Of a DNA stretch of 64,000 nucleotides, positions 1-14,087 are shown in pieces; the stretch's first letter is position 1, and the number at the start of each line of letters is the position of its first letter. The notes under the pieces are model-generated. The model was given only the letters and a program-made list of their open reading frames with translations. It did no database searches and was not told the origin of the DNA. This DNA is from Eledone cirrhosa. Its lineage: Eukaryota. The translations under genes were made by a program, and so were the position numbers. The stretch is taken from positions 217,434,001-217,498,000 of the forward strand of contig OZ024741.1 in NCBI GenBank assembly GCA_964016885.1. The letters are read 5' to 3'.

Positions 1-181
1 AGTATTAGTATGCATATAAATACACACATGTATACATATGTACATGTACTCAGTTTTTCACTAGACACTTTACAGTGAGTGTCAGCTAGTCTGTATGTAA
101 CCACACAGACGGACCGGGTTTTAGAGTCATACGAGTTTTCAAGGAAACACATTTCCTCTATTCTCCAGAGGGCCAGACAGG

Positions 182-226
182 AATATTGGACTAGTTTCGA
201 TGTTGTTACATCTCATCAGCAATATT
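182..226 (-). ncRNA. Minimal type I hammerhead ribozyme (family a)
   Basis: Minus strand reads aatattg-CTGATGA-gatgt/aaca/acatc-GAAA-CTAG-TC-caatatt. This gives a 7-bp stem I, intact core, 5-bp stem II, palindromic ACTAGT helix III and a GUC cleavage triplet. Confidence 0.9.
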
Positions 227-347
227 TACCCATCTTCCCGGCTTCTCTGTGTATATGTATACATGTGTGTATTTATATGCATACTAATACTTCCGTATAC
301 ATATGTAGATGTACACTTTAAAATTTGGCTTCGTTTATTAAAGGTGT

Positions 348-402
348 ACTGCTATATATATTTCGGTGACAGCCATCCTTGGCTGTGACCTCTTCAGGCA
401 GT
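348..402 (-). ncRNA. Type I hammerhead ribozyme (family b)
   Basis: Minus strand reads actgc-CTGAAGA-ggtcacagcca/agga/tggctgtcacc-GAAA-TATATA-TA-gcagt. Stem I is 5 bp, stem II is 10 bp with one C.C mismatch, helix III is palindromic, and the triplet is AUA. Confidence 0.88.
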
Positions 403-599
403 CCGAATTGGTGTGGTAGAGACAGGCACACATGTTGTTGAAGTGTTTAACTCCGTCAACACTCCGATATGCCCAGTTCCTGGTTGGGTTGTTATTTCTC
501 TGAGGAACAGGAATCATATGAATTCGAATAAACGAATTTCGGCGTCAAAGGACACTCTCTCCTCCCATTGGTCAGTTGTGAGAACATTCATCATATATT

Positions 600-2108
600 T
601 ATATAGCACCCTTGACAATGGTACCTTCGTATTTTGTACCTTAGCCAAATTCTATAATGTGTATCTGGGTAGTTAACACCCAAGACTAGCCGTACAATAA
701 ATACCTTGGTATTTAGCATCCTAGACTAACTCTACAATGTGTATCTGGGTATTTAGTACCTTAACATATGCCTACAAGGTATACCTGGGTATGAGCACCC
801 TTGGCAATCAATACAATATATACTTAGACATTTAGCAACATAAACTAGTCCTACAATGTGTACCTGGGTATTTAGCACCCACGGCTAACAATACAATGTG
901 TGCCTGAGTACTTAGCACGATAGACAAATCCTAACATGTGTACCTAGGTATTTGGCGGGTTAGGCTAGCTCTACAATATGTACCTGGGTATTTGGCGTTC
1001 TAGACTAACTATACATTGTGTAACTGGGTATTTAGCACACTAGACTAATTCTACAATGTGCTTGTGTATTAAGTGTCATTGATTAGCCCTACAATATGTA
1101 CCTTGGTGATTAGCATACATGGCTAGCCTTACAATGAGTACCTGAGTATTTAGCACTCTTGACCATCTCTGTGGTGTGTACCAGGATATTTAGCAACTTA
1201 GACAAACCCTATAATGTGTACTTGGGTATGTAGTGTCCTAGGCAAGCGCTACAATATGTACCTGGATATTTATCACCAAAGGCTATCCCTATATTGTGTA
1301 CCTGTGTATTTAACACCCTAGACACACTCTACAGTGTGTACCTGGGTATTTAGCATCTAACGCCAGCCCTACAATGTCTATCTGTGTATTTAGCACCCTA
1401 GACTAACCCTGCAATATGTACCTGGGTACTTAGCACCCCAGACAAACCCGACAATGTGTAGCTGGGTATTAAGAACCCAAGGCTAGCCCTACAATGTGTA
1501 CCCGGGTATTTAGAACTCAAGGCTAGTCTTACAATGTGTACCTTGGTATTTAGCGTCTTAAGCTAGCTCTACAACGTGTACCTGGGTATTTAGCACCCTA
1601 GATTAGTCCTACAATGTGTACCTAGGTATTTAGTACCCTAGGCTAGCCTTACAATGTGTACCTGGGTATTTAGTACCCTAGGCTAACCCTACAATGGGTA
1701 CCTGGGTATTTAGTACCCTAGGCTAGCCCTACAATGTGTACCTGGGTATTTAGTACACAATGTTAGTCCTACAATGTGTACCTGGTATTTAGCACCCTAG
1801 ATTAGTTCTACAATGTATACCTAGGTGTTTAGTACCCTAGGCTAGCCCTACAATGTGTACCTGGGTATTTAGTACCCTAAGCTAGCCCTACAATGGGTAC
1901 CTGGGTATTTGGTACCTTAGGCTAGCCCTACAATGTGTACCCCAGTATTTAGTACCCAATGCTAGTCCTACAATGTGTACATGGTATTTAGTACCCTAGG
2001 CTAGCCCTACAATTGCTACCTGGGTATTTAGTACCCTAGGCTAGCCCTACAATGGGTACCTGGGTATTTAGTACCCTAGGCTAGCCCTACAATGGGTACT
2101 AGGGTAAT
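600..2108. repeat. 40-bp minisatellite (ctacaatgtgtacctgggtatttagtaccctaggctagcc), about 37 units
   Basis: Clear 40-nt periodicity. Units are degenerate at the left end and more homogeneous at the right. Confidence 0.93.
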
Positions 2109-2149
2109 TAACAGCCAAGGTTCTCCCAATTAATTCCTCTAATTAAGAT

Positions 2150-2265
2150 AATTGTTTCTACTTTTTGGCACAAGGCCAGCAAATACCCAGTACATTACTG
2201 GTACTTTATTTTATCGACCCCGTAAGGATGAAAGGCAAAGTTAACCTCGGCGGGATTTGAACTCT
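2150..2265 (-). mobile_element. tRNA-derived SINE fragment (same family as 26059-26233)
   Basis: Reverse complement matches gagttcaaatcccgccgaggttaactttgcctttcatcc...aaagtaccag...aaagtagaaac and includes the B box. Confidence 0.8.
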
Positions 2266-2366
2266 TCTAATTAAAATAATCTCAGTTTAGTAAGTTGACA
2301 AACCTAGTTTTTCACTCTTTCTGACCACACTAGGAACATCACTAAGTTAGCATTTTCCACTACACA

Positions 2367-2407
2367 GACCACTACTACCACTTCTACTACCACCACCACC
2401 ATCATCT

Positions 2408-2441
<34 letters not shown>

Positions 2442-2469
2442 CACCACCACCACCACCATCACCACCACC

Positions 2470-2528
<59 letters not shown>

Positions 2529-2548
2529 GATCATCATCACCAACATAT

Positions 2549-2600
<52 letters not shown>

Positions 2601-2626
2601 CACCACCACTACCATCACCAACATCT

Positions 2627-2657
<31 letters not shown>

Positions 2658-2908
2658 CACAATCATCATCACCAACATCTCTACTACTACGACTACTACT
2701 ACTACTACTACTACCACCACTACGATCACCATCCCAACATCTCTACTACTACTACTACCACCACTGCCATCATCATCACCGTCTCTACTACTACTACTAC
2801 TACCACTACCATCACCATCACCAACATCTCTACGACTACTACTACCACTACTACTACTACCACTACGATCACCATCCCAACATCTCTACTACTACTACTA
2901 CCACCACC

Positions 2909-2946
<38 letters not shown>

Positions 2947-2958
2947 CATCACCAACAT

Positions 2959-2997
<39 letters not shown>

Positions 2998-3036
2998 CAC
3001 TTCTACTACCACCACTACCATCCCCATCATCAACAT

Positions 3037-3069
<33 letters not shown>

Positions 3070-3090
3070 CCCCCACGACTATTACTCCTG

Positions 3091-3129
<39 letters not shown>

Positions 3130-3140
3130 TTACTATAACA
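2367..3140. repeat. Compound (ACT)n/(ACC)n trinucleotide repeat
   Basis: Seen directly. It produces the poly-Val and poly-Ser pseudo-ORFs in the track. Confidence 0.95.
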
Positions 3141-3419
3141 ACTAATGTATGGTATTAATTTAATATTTGAAATACTGTATCCCCCCCTCTATATATATAT
3201 TAATTAAAATAACAGATTAAAGTTTAAGCAAAGAATCGCTGCTTTCACCCTTAACGGGATCTTGTTTTATAAATATTTGCTCTAGGGTTCTTATATATTT
3301 GATATATATTTACCCTTATCGAGCCCTCTTTGCATTTTACGCTTCACATTTATTACTATATAAATATATATTATTCAAAATATTAATAAATGAAGACGTT
3401 CACATAATCAAAATATATG

Positions 3420-3481
3420 TTTTATTATACATATTTCGGAGGTACTGTGGTGTTTTTTCAGTACGTCCTCATCAGATAAAA
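3420..3481 (-). ncRNA. Type I hammerhead ribozyme (family c)
   Basis: Minus strand reads ttttat-CTGATGA-ggacgtactg...cagtacctcc-GAAA-TATGTA-TA-ataaaa. Confidence 0.85.
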
Positions 3482-3593
3482 TACATAAATTGGTGTACAA
3501 CATACCTCAACTGTCTTGATGGTTTAATTTCAGTCTTGGCAGTGAAATTAAACCATCAAGACAGTTGAGGTATGTCGTACATCAATTTATGTA

Positions 3594-3656
3594 TTTTATC
3601 TGATGAGGACGTACTGAAAAAAACAGCACAGTACCTCCGAAATATATATAATAAAA
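3594..3656 (+). ncRNA. Type I hammerhead ribozyme (family c)
   Basis: ttttat-CTGATGA-gga c gtactg/aaaaaaacagca/cagtac c tcc-GAAA-TATATA-TA-ataaaa. Confidence 0.88.
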
Positions 3657-3852
3657 CATATATTTTGATTATGTGAACATCTTTATTAATATTTTGAATA
3701 ATATTAATAACTCCAGAAAACTTTTATTTGTTGAGTGCTTTGAATCTATTGTAAAACTATATTCATTGAGTAATCAATGAACTTTATTAACATTTAGTTA
3801 TATATATATATATATATACTTTTTCCTATATATATATATATATATACTTTTT

Positions 3853-3903
<51 letters not shown>

Positions 3904-3968
3904 AACCTACATAGAGCACTCTATTTTCCTGGACCTTTCCGACGGAATTACTTCATTCATACATACAT

Positions 3969-4345
3969 TTTGTTTTTGAAATGCGCATAATAAAATACAT
4001 GGAACTCTTTTAACCATCTTTTGTTCTTATATATATATATATATATATTATGCGCATTTCAAAAACAAATATCATCATGCAATAATATTTGTGTTTTCAT
4101 CAGATAAAATAGGAAGACATGATATGAAGGTTAAAAAACACTTGTGGATAGTGCAGTTTTAAATCAACATAGTTGATAGTTATTGCATGATGATATTTGT
4201 TTTTGAAATGCGCATAATAAAATACATGGAACTCTTTTAACCATCTTTTGTTCTTATATATTATGTACACTCCAGTCCTACAAACTGTAGAGTGCTTCTT
4301 AACCGATATCTGCATTGCTTTATTGTACTACAATAAAACTCACCT

Positions 4346-4348
<3 letters not shown>
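3969..4348. mobile_element. Rearranged and inverted copies of hammerhead element family d
   Basis: 4048-4170 matches 50040-50165 directly. 4180-4348 is the reverse complement of about 49915-50080. An extra 3'-half fragment lies at 3969-4030. Confidence 0.8.
4046..4109 (-). ncRNA. Type I hammerhead ribozyme (family d), stem I partly truncated
   Basis: Minus strand reads ttttat-CTGATGA-aaacacaaatatta...tgatatttgttttt-GAAA-TGCGCA-TA-ata, then (TA)n. Confidence 0.75.
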
Positions 4349-4417
<69 letters not shown>

Positions 4418-4474
4418 AAACGGAAAAAATGAAACGAAATTTCATTTCCCACTCTTAGTACGGCTGTTACTTAA

Positions 4475-4916
4475 ATATAAGTATGTACACGTACATACAT
4501 ATATGTATACAGACGTACAGTCATGTATACAGGAACACATATATATATGTACGTATGGATTCACAGAACATTTATTATAATGCTCGGTGTGTTTGTAAAC
4601 AAACATCCCGTATTAAGCCGTAGTGTCTAGCAACCATCGTTGCTCGTTTGTTCAACACTGACAAAGGAACGCTGTACTAGTTTCAAGCTTATTAGCTATC
4701 GTCAGCAACGTATACCTTCTTGTCAGTGTTGAACAAACGAGCAACGATGGTTGCTAGACACTACGGCTTAATACGGGATGTTTGTTTACAAACACACCGA
4801 GCATTATAATAAATGTTCGGTGAATCCATACGTACATATATATATGTGTGCATGTATGTATATATATATATACATACTACTGTACATCTGTATACATATG
4901 TATGTACGTGTACATA

Positions 4917-4924
<8 letters not shown>
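4475..4924. repeat. Long inverted repeat (arms 4475-4664 and 4720-4924) with a hammerhead in the spacer
   Basis: The arms are near-perfect reverse complements, e.g. caacactgacaa/ttgtcagtgttg and cccgtattaagccgtagtgtctagc/gctagacactacggcttaatacggg. Confidence 0.92.
4669..4711 (-). ncRNA. Minimal type I hammerhead ribozyme (family e)
   Basis: Minus strand reads acgttg-CTGACGA-t agct/aata/agct t-GAAA-CTAG-TA-cagcgt. The triplet is GUA. The first stem II pair is mismatched. Confidence 0.8.
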
Positions 4925-4975
<51 letters not shown>

Positions 4976-4980
<5 letters not shown>

Positions 4981-5254
4981 GGTTAAACAAGGTTCAATGA
5001 ATAAATCAAAGAATGAATTTTACAATAGATTGGAAGCACTCAACAAATAGGTTTTCCGGAGTTATTAATATTAATTCAAAATATTACTATGACTGAATCT
5101 TAACCATCTACTATGTCAGGGTATATCATGCATCATCTTATTTTATCTGATGAGGACGTACTGTTGAAGATAGCTCAGTACCTCTGAAATATGTATAATA
5201 AAATATACTTGATTACACGAATGTCTATTTTTGTTAATATTTTGAATTAATATA
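4976..5254. mobile_element. Diverged family c hammerhead element with an inverted 3' part
   Basis: 4976-5086 is the reverse complement of about 3686-3795. 5100-5254 matches 3549-3705 directly. Confidence 0.75.
5141..5203 (+). ncRNA. Type I hammerhead ribozyme (family c)
   Basis: ttttat-CTGATGA-ggacgtactg/ttgaagatagct/cagtacctct-GAAA-TATGTA-TA-ataaaa. The loop differs from other copies while the stems are kept. Confidence 0.83.
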
Positions 5255-5653
5255 TATATATATAGTAATAATAAATGTGTGTGTGTATGTGTTGCCCGTC
5301 ATTTTTTTTCATATATCCCTATCTTCATTCCCAAGTGTGAACCCTATAAGACTGTTTTTGCATCTGTTGGTATTTGTTTATTATTTAACTAAGAATTTAT
5401 GTATATTAAAAGCCATTATGAATGAATGAGAGAACAAAAGAATGAATGAATGGTTTGATGAATGAACGAGTGGCTGACTGAAAAGCAGAATTAGTGAATA
5501 AGTGAATGGCAGAATGAGTTTAGTTGATATAATTTTGTTGCATCATTCCACCATCTGTTGTCAACAAAGATGTTCTTTCTGAATTAAATACATTTTTATT
5601 TCCGAATCCGAATATCGGTTTAATGACGTAAACACATTCCGGAACAGAAAGTA

Positions 5654-8610
<2,957 letters not shown>

Positions 8611-8784
8611 ATCAACATATGTGAATACAGGACGGGCTTCTGCAGGTTGCCACCTACCAAATTTTCCCTCTCACTTCTCTCTCTGTCTCTCTCTCTCTCT
8701 ATCTCTCTCTCACTGTGTCTCCCTCTTTCTTTCACTGGTCTTTGTCTTGTTTTCTCTTACTCTACACACAGACAAAAGAAACCC

Positions 8785-10282
8785 CACCATCACCATCAAC
8801 ACCACTAACATCATCATCACCATCAACACCACTAACATCATCATCACCATCAACACCACTAACATCATCATCACCATCAACACCATTAACATCATCAACA
8901 CCACTAACATCATCATCACCATCAACACCATCAACACCATCATCACCATCAACACCACTAACATCATCACCACCAACATCACCACTAACACCACCAACAC
9001 CACCACCAACACCACCAACATCACCACCAACGCCACCACCAACATCACCACCAACGCCACCACCAACACCACCAACATCACCAACACCACCACTAACATC
9101 ATCAACACCACTCACACCACCATCATCACCACTAACACACCAACACCACCACCATCACCACTAACACCATCACCATCACCACTAACACCACCATCACTTC
9201 TAACACACCAACGCCACCACTAACACCACCACCATCACCACTAACACCACCACCATCACCACTAACACCACCAACATCACCACTAACGCCACTACCAACA
9301 CCACCAACACCACCACCATCACCACTAACACCACCAACATCACCACTAACACCACTAACACCACTAACACCACCACCAACATCACCACTAACACCACCAC
9401 CATCACCACCAACACCACTAACACCACCACCATCACCACCAACACCACCAACATCACCACTAACACCACTAACACCATCACCACCAACATCACCACTAAC
9501 ACCACCAACACCACCACCATCACCACTAACACACCAACATCACCACTATCACCACTAACACCACCAACATCACCACCAACATCACCACTATCACCACTAA
9601 CACCACCAACATCACCACTATCACCACCAACATCACCACTATCACCACTAACACCACCAACATCACCACTATCACCACCAACATCACCACTATCACCACC
9701 AACATCACCACTATCACCACCAACATCACCACTAACACCACTAACACACCATCACCACTAACACCACCACTAACACCACCATCATCACCACTAACACCAC
9801 CATCATCACCACTAATACACCAACACCACCAACATCACCACTAACACCACCATCATCACCACTAACACCACCATCATCACCACTAACACACCAACATCAC
9901 CACTAACACCACCAACATCACCACTAACACCACCAACATCACCACTAACACCACCAACATCACCACTAACACCACCATCATCACCACTAACACACCAACA
10001 TCACCACTAACACCACCACCAACATCACCACTATCACCACCAACATCACCACTAACACCACTAACACACCATCACTACTAACACCACCACTAACACCACC
10101 ATCATCACCACTAACACCACCATCATCACCACTAACACACCAACACCACCACTAACACCACCATCATCACCACTAACACACCAACACCACCACTAACACC
10201 ACCATCATCACCACTAACACCACCATCATCACCACTAACACACCAACATCACCACTAACACCATCACCATCATCATCAACAT
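8785..10282. repeat. Compound ACC/ATC/AAC/ACT triplet array
   Basis: Seen directly. It is the source of the Thr/Ile/Asn-rich and Val-rich pseudo-ORFs. Confidence 0.93.
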
Positions 10283-10679
10283 TAGTACATGAGGAATTGC
10301 TACAAAAGAATGTATATAATTCATGTAAACATCGATATACACACGTGTATGTTTATATACATATATATATATAGAACCACTCGCTTGTAAATATATATGT
10401 ACACACGTACATATACACAAATATCAATACACACACACACATATACCTACACATACATATATGAACACACAGACATATATGTGCACACGCACATATATAT
10501 GAACGCACTGACATATATATGTACACACGCACATATACACACACTTGTACACACAGAATGCTTACGTAAGAAGACCTCCATGGATACATAGTGACATACA
10601 TATACACACATCCACACATCAGATAAGATATATACATTCAAACACATTATTTTACACACATTATTTTACCTCTGTATTC

Positions 10680-11090
10680 TATATTGGCATGGGCTTGACA
10701 GGACACTCTTGGACTAGCCAGATCAGATGACCACATCCTGCTCATATTCTGGCTTGTTTTAGAAGGCTGGTTACCCTTCCTAATACCAACCACACCACAC
10801 CACAGTGTATAGTGGGTGCATTTTATTGTGGCACCAGCACAACCACTTTACAGAGTGTACTGGGTGTATTTTCTCATGGCACCAGGACCACCATTATACA
10901 GAGTGTACTGGGTGTATTTTATCGCGGCACCAGCTCAACCATTATACAGAGTGTACTGGGTGTATTTTATCGTGGCACCAGCACTAGAAAGGTTGTCCTG
11001 TACTCGACCAGATTAAGAGCCCTTTCTATCCTATATTGCCTCCATTCAATTGTAAACCTCTTTACAGAGTGTACTGGGTGCATTTGTCCT
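10680..11090 (-). mobile_element. Old RTE-tail SINE/LINE 3' UTR relic with an internal repeat of about 48 bp
   Basis: cccttcctaataccaaccac and repeated cagagtgtactgggtg...gtggcacc resemble the RTE 3' UTR module seen at 24000-25110 and 42040-42160. Confidence 0.65.
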
Positions 11091-11959
11091 ACATCTTAAA
11101 ATATTTACCCTGACCCTAAATCCTAACTATATGTTCTTGGTTCTTCAATAGTGCACCTTACATATTTTAAGATGTGCAAATTAAACAAATATCCTGTGTT
11201 TACATTTCTTTAACACACAAAAACACAGTTTCCGGTGGAAACTCAGGTGCCTGAGCAGCCCTACTTAGGAGAGCACAGCTCACCCAATTACTTGTGAGGT
11301 TGCTAGAAAAGGTGCACCAAAAAATTGCTTGACCAACCACAAAAGTTGGTTAGTTTCCTGTAACTAACGGCAGTTCTCAAAATACCAGGACAGACAAAAG
11401 AAAAACAGAATTTTATATGCCAAAAGATGGATTCCACAGAGAATTTCCTGTTGGAATGTCATGTCTGGACACTTTTAGATTATGCCGATATAGACTGGTA
11501 TGGTTCTTCTTGATGAACTCCTCAGAGTCAACAGCCATCCACCCCAACATTTACATCACTCTACATTTACTATTATATTTTCACGGTAAAGGCTTTACTT
11601 CACATAATTTCAATTCTATGAGGTTTTGATATTATTTATTTTGAGAACAATACCTTAACATCAGTATGAGTGGCCGGTTTGAACAGAAAGAGGTGAGAGA
11701 ATTCTGGTCAGATACAACCAGTTTAAATGCTAAAGGGTTAAATAGCCTCAGTGGCCAAGTGTGGTGTGACAGCGACACCCCTGAAGACATGACCAAAACC
11801 AAACAGAAAGCAGTGGAGGTCAACCAGGGCGGGGTTCCTCCAACAGGAGTGAGAATCCTCTGGATTGGATTGGTTCATCTGGTTATATACTATTTTGGAT
11901 CAGGAAGCTTAGAAGGTGACATTGGCTTTGCCATTAAGACAGCTTGATGGGAATTCTTC

Positions 11960-12352
11960 TTCTTTTTCTTCTTCACTCACTTATTCCTGAGAGGGTCATT
12001 GGGGCAGAGTCCTCAAACACTTCTTCCAGCAGGTCCTGTTAGAAGCAATTGTCTCCAACTGATCCGGCTGGATCCCCAAGTGTGACCAGCCAAGCTCATG
12101 GATGTTATCCAACCACATGTCCATAGTATCGGAACTGTGATCTCTCAATTCAGAGAAGTAGTGACTCTACCTGGAGTAACTCCCTGATCTCCAAGCTACA
12201 CACTTTATTGAGTAAAGTTACTCCAAAGACTCTTTGGAGGAACTTTATTTCAGTTGCTTGTATTCGTGATTGTATTCTTTTGGTCATTACCCAAGATTCA
12301 TGACCAGAGGTAAGGGCTGGCATGAAAACCAAATTGAAGATAGCGAGTTTGG
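11960..12352 (-). mobile_element. Degenerate RTE-group LINE 3' fragment
   Basis: Peptide FMPALTSGHESWVMTKRIQSRIQATEIKFLQRV resembles the LINE ORF2 C-terminal YGxEsW motif. The same family occurs at 22786-23100. Confidence 0.7.
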
Positions 12353-12494
12353 CTGATTACTGAATGTTGAAGCAAGACTCAAATCTAAAAAAATCTGCCC
12401 CATGGTGAATATTTATAAGAAAAAAAAACAAAAAAAAAAAAAACAGAAAGCTGATGTGTAGCAGGAAATAAAACACATGAAGAATTAATGGGGG

Positions 12495-12897
12495 GTAAAC
12501 TTGTCTCAAGAAATACAATCTGTTGTTGATAGTAAGGGCAGTTTCCATGTGTCTAACACACGTGGGCATGCCCACAAAGTCAGAAAACAGCATAGCTCCC
12601 ATGACTCTTGGAAACATATTTTCACGCTCAGAGTTGCTGAAGCATGGAACAAACTACCTGCATCAGTTGTTAGCTGTCGAGACACTGCATCCTTTAAAAC
12701 CCCCATGCTTCCTGAGATTCGCCAATACTACACCTGATATACCCCCTCCATACACACGGACACATATATATCATGACTCATACACTATTCACTTCCCTGA
12801 CATTTGTACATTATTCTATGAACTATACATGCACCTTTGATGAGCTGTAGTGCACCTGAGCCCTGTACACAATAATTTCATTATTATTCATTATTAT
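12495..12897 (+). mobile_element. CR1/L2-group LINE 3' end
   Basis: TRGHAHKVRKQ...FTLRVAEAWNKLPASVV...ASFK is typical of a CR1 ORF2 C-terminus. It ends in an (ATT)n-like tail. Confidence 0.75.
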
Positions 12898-12924
12898 AAA
12901 ACATTTTATGCCCTATTACAATAA

Positions 12925-13310
12925 TCACTTGGCCCTCGGCCCTCAATGTCTCCTTTACTCAGTGCAATCGAAGGATAGTGAAGTTCTATATAAAGGCCCA
13001 GAAAACATTATGAAGAAATGGAAGGCACATTTTTCTGACCTTTTCTACAATCCTTCTATTGCTAACTTTGATGTCATAGAGGGTCTACCTCAAAATGATA
13101 TGGTAATGTCAATGGACAATCTACCGACTACTGATGAAATCAGAAAGGCAACCTCACAGGTAAATTCAGGCAAAGCACCAGGGTTAGATAGGTTTCCCAG
13201 TTTAGTTCTTGAAGGCTGGAGGGGGCCCTTATATCATCATCTACCCATTCTCTTCTCATGGAATGTTGGGAGGGATCACCAATACTGCAAGACGGGGTTG
13301 ATGGAATCTT
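12925..13310 (+). mobile_element. Degenerate RTE/BovB-like LINE internal fragment
   Basis: KKWKAHFSDL...LPTTDEIRKATSQVNSGKAPGLD matches the linker upstream of the RT domain. Confidence 0.7.
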
Positions 13311-14087
13311 GGTCACCATTTCCAATCTTGGTAACAGCCCTGTGACTGTTCCCGACATATATAAACAATTGTTGTTTATATCTACTCTTAAATATTTATG
13401 TCCAGTATGTGTCACCATACATTATGTACCACCCATGTTTAATGTTTACGTTAACACACACACACACACACACACATATACATATCTACTACTCCTCTCC
13501 TTCTTCTTCATCATCTTCCTTCTTCATTCACATAACCACCTCCCTCTTTCACTCACACAACCACCTCCCTCTTTCACTCACACAACCACCTCCCACCGTC
13601 ACTCACAACAACCTCTCTCCATCACTCACAACCACCTCACTCCTTCACTCACACCTCCCTCCATCACTCAACCACCTCCCACCGTCACTCACCAACAACC
13701 ACCTGCCTGGTTGATGCCAACATTCCAGATTTCTCTCTTGTTTACCAGAAAATGTTACTGTTGCTTTTGTCTGTCAAGACCGTATAAAATTTATGGCCAG
13801 GCCCCATGCTTTCGTGTATTTTGAAGCCCCACCCTAACCCTCTGGTACTTCAATCTTTCATCCAACATAGCTGACAGCTTAGGCTGTGTTAACCTACAGG
13901 GCCTGGCCCCTCGGCTTTCAGCTATTTCGGGGGTCCTCCAGGCAGTTCAGTCTTTCACCCCACCATAAGCATATTGCTCCTATTACTTTGGTGGGTGCTG
14001 ACATTCAGAGTCAAAATGACTAAATTGCAGACAATCATTATTTATTTATTTATATTTTATTTATTTTTATTTCTTTATATATATATA

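Larger units (their letters stand above)
3367..3795. mobile_element. Fold-back non-autonomous hammerhead element (family c; PLE pseudo-LTR or retrozyme-like)
   Basis: Inverted repeat with arms of about 165 bp centred near 3537 and one hammerhead per arm. A 3' extension runs to about 3795. The element is flanked by (TA)n. Confidence 0.8.

Noticed and set aside
600-2108. CRISPR-like periodic arrays (also 17770-20470 and 24000-25110)
   Set aside because: The units are contiguous tandem repeats without unique spacers. The context is eukaryotic and there are no cas genes.
8621-9747. Mucin-like Thr/Pro-rich ORFs
   Set aside because: These are triplet microsatellites open in several frames on both strands, with no signal peptide or splice support.
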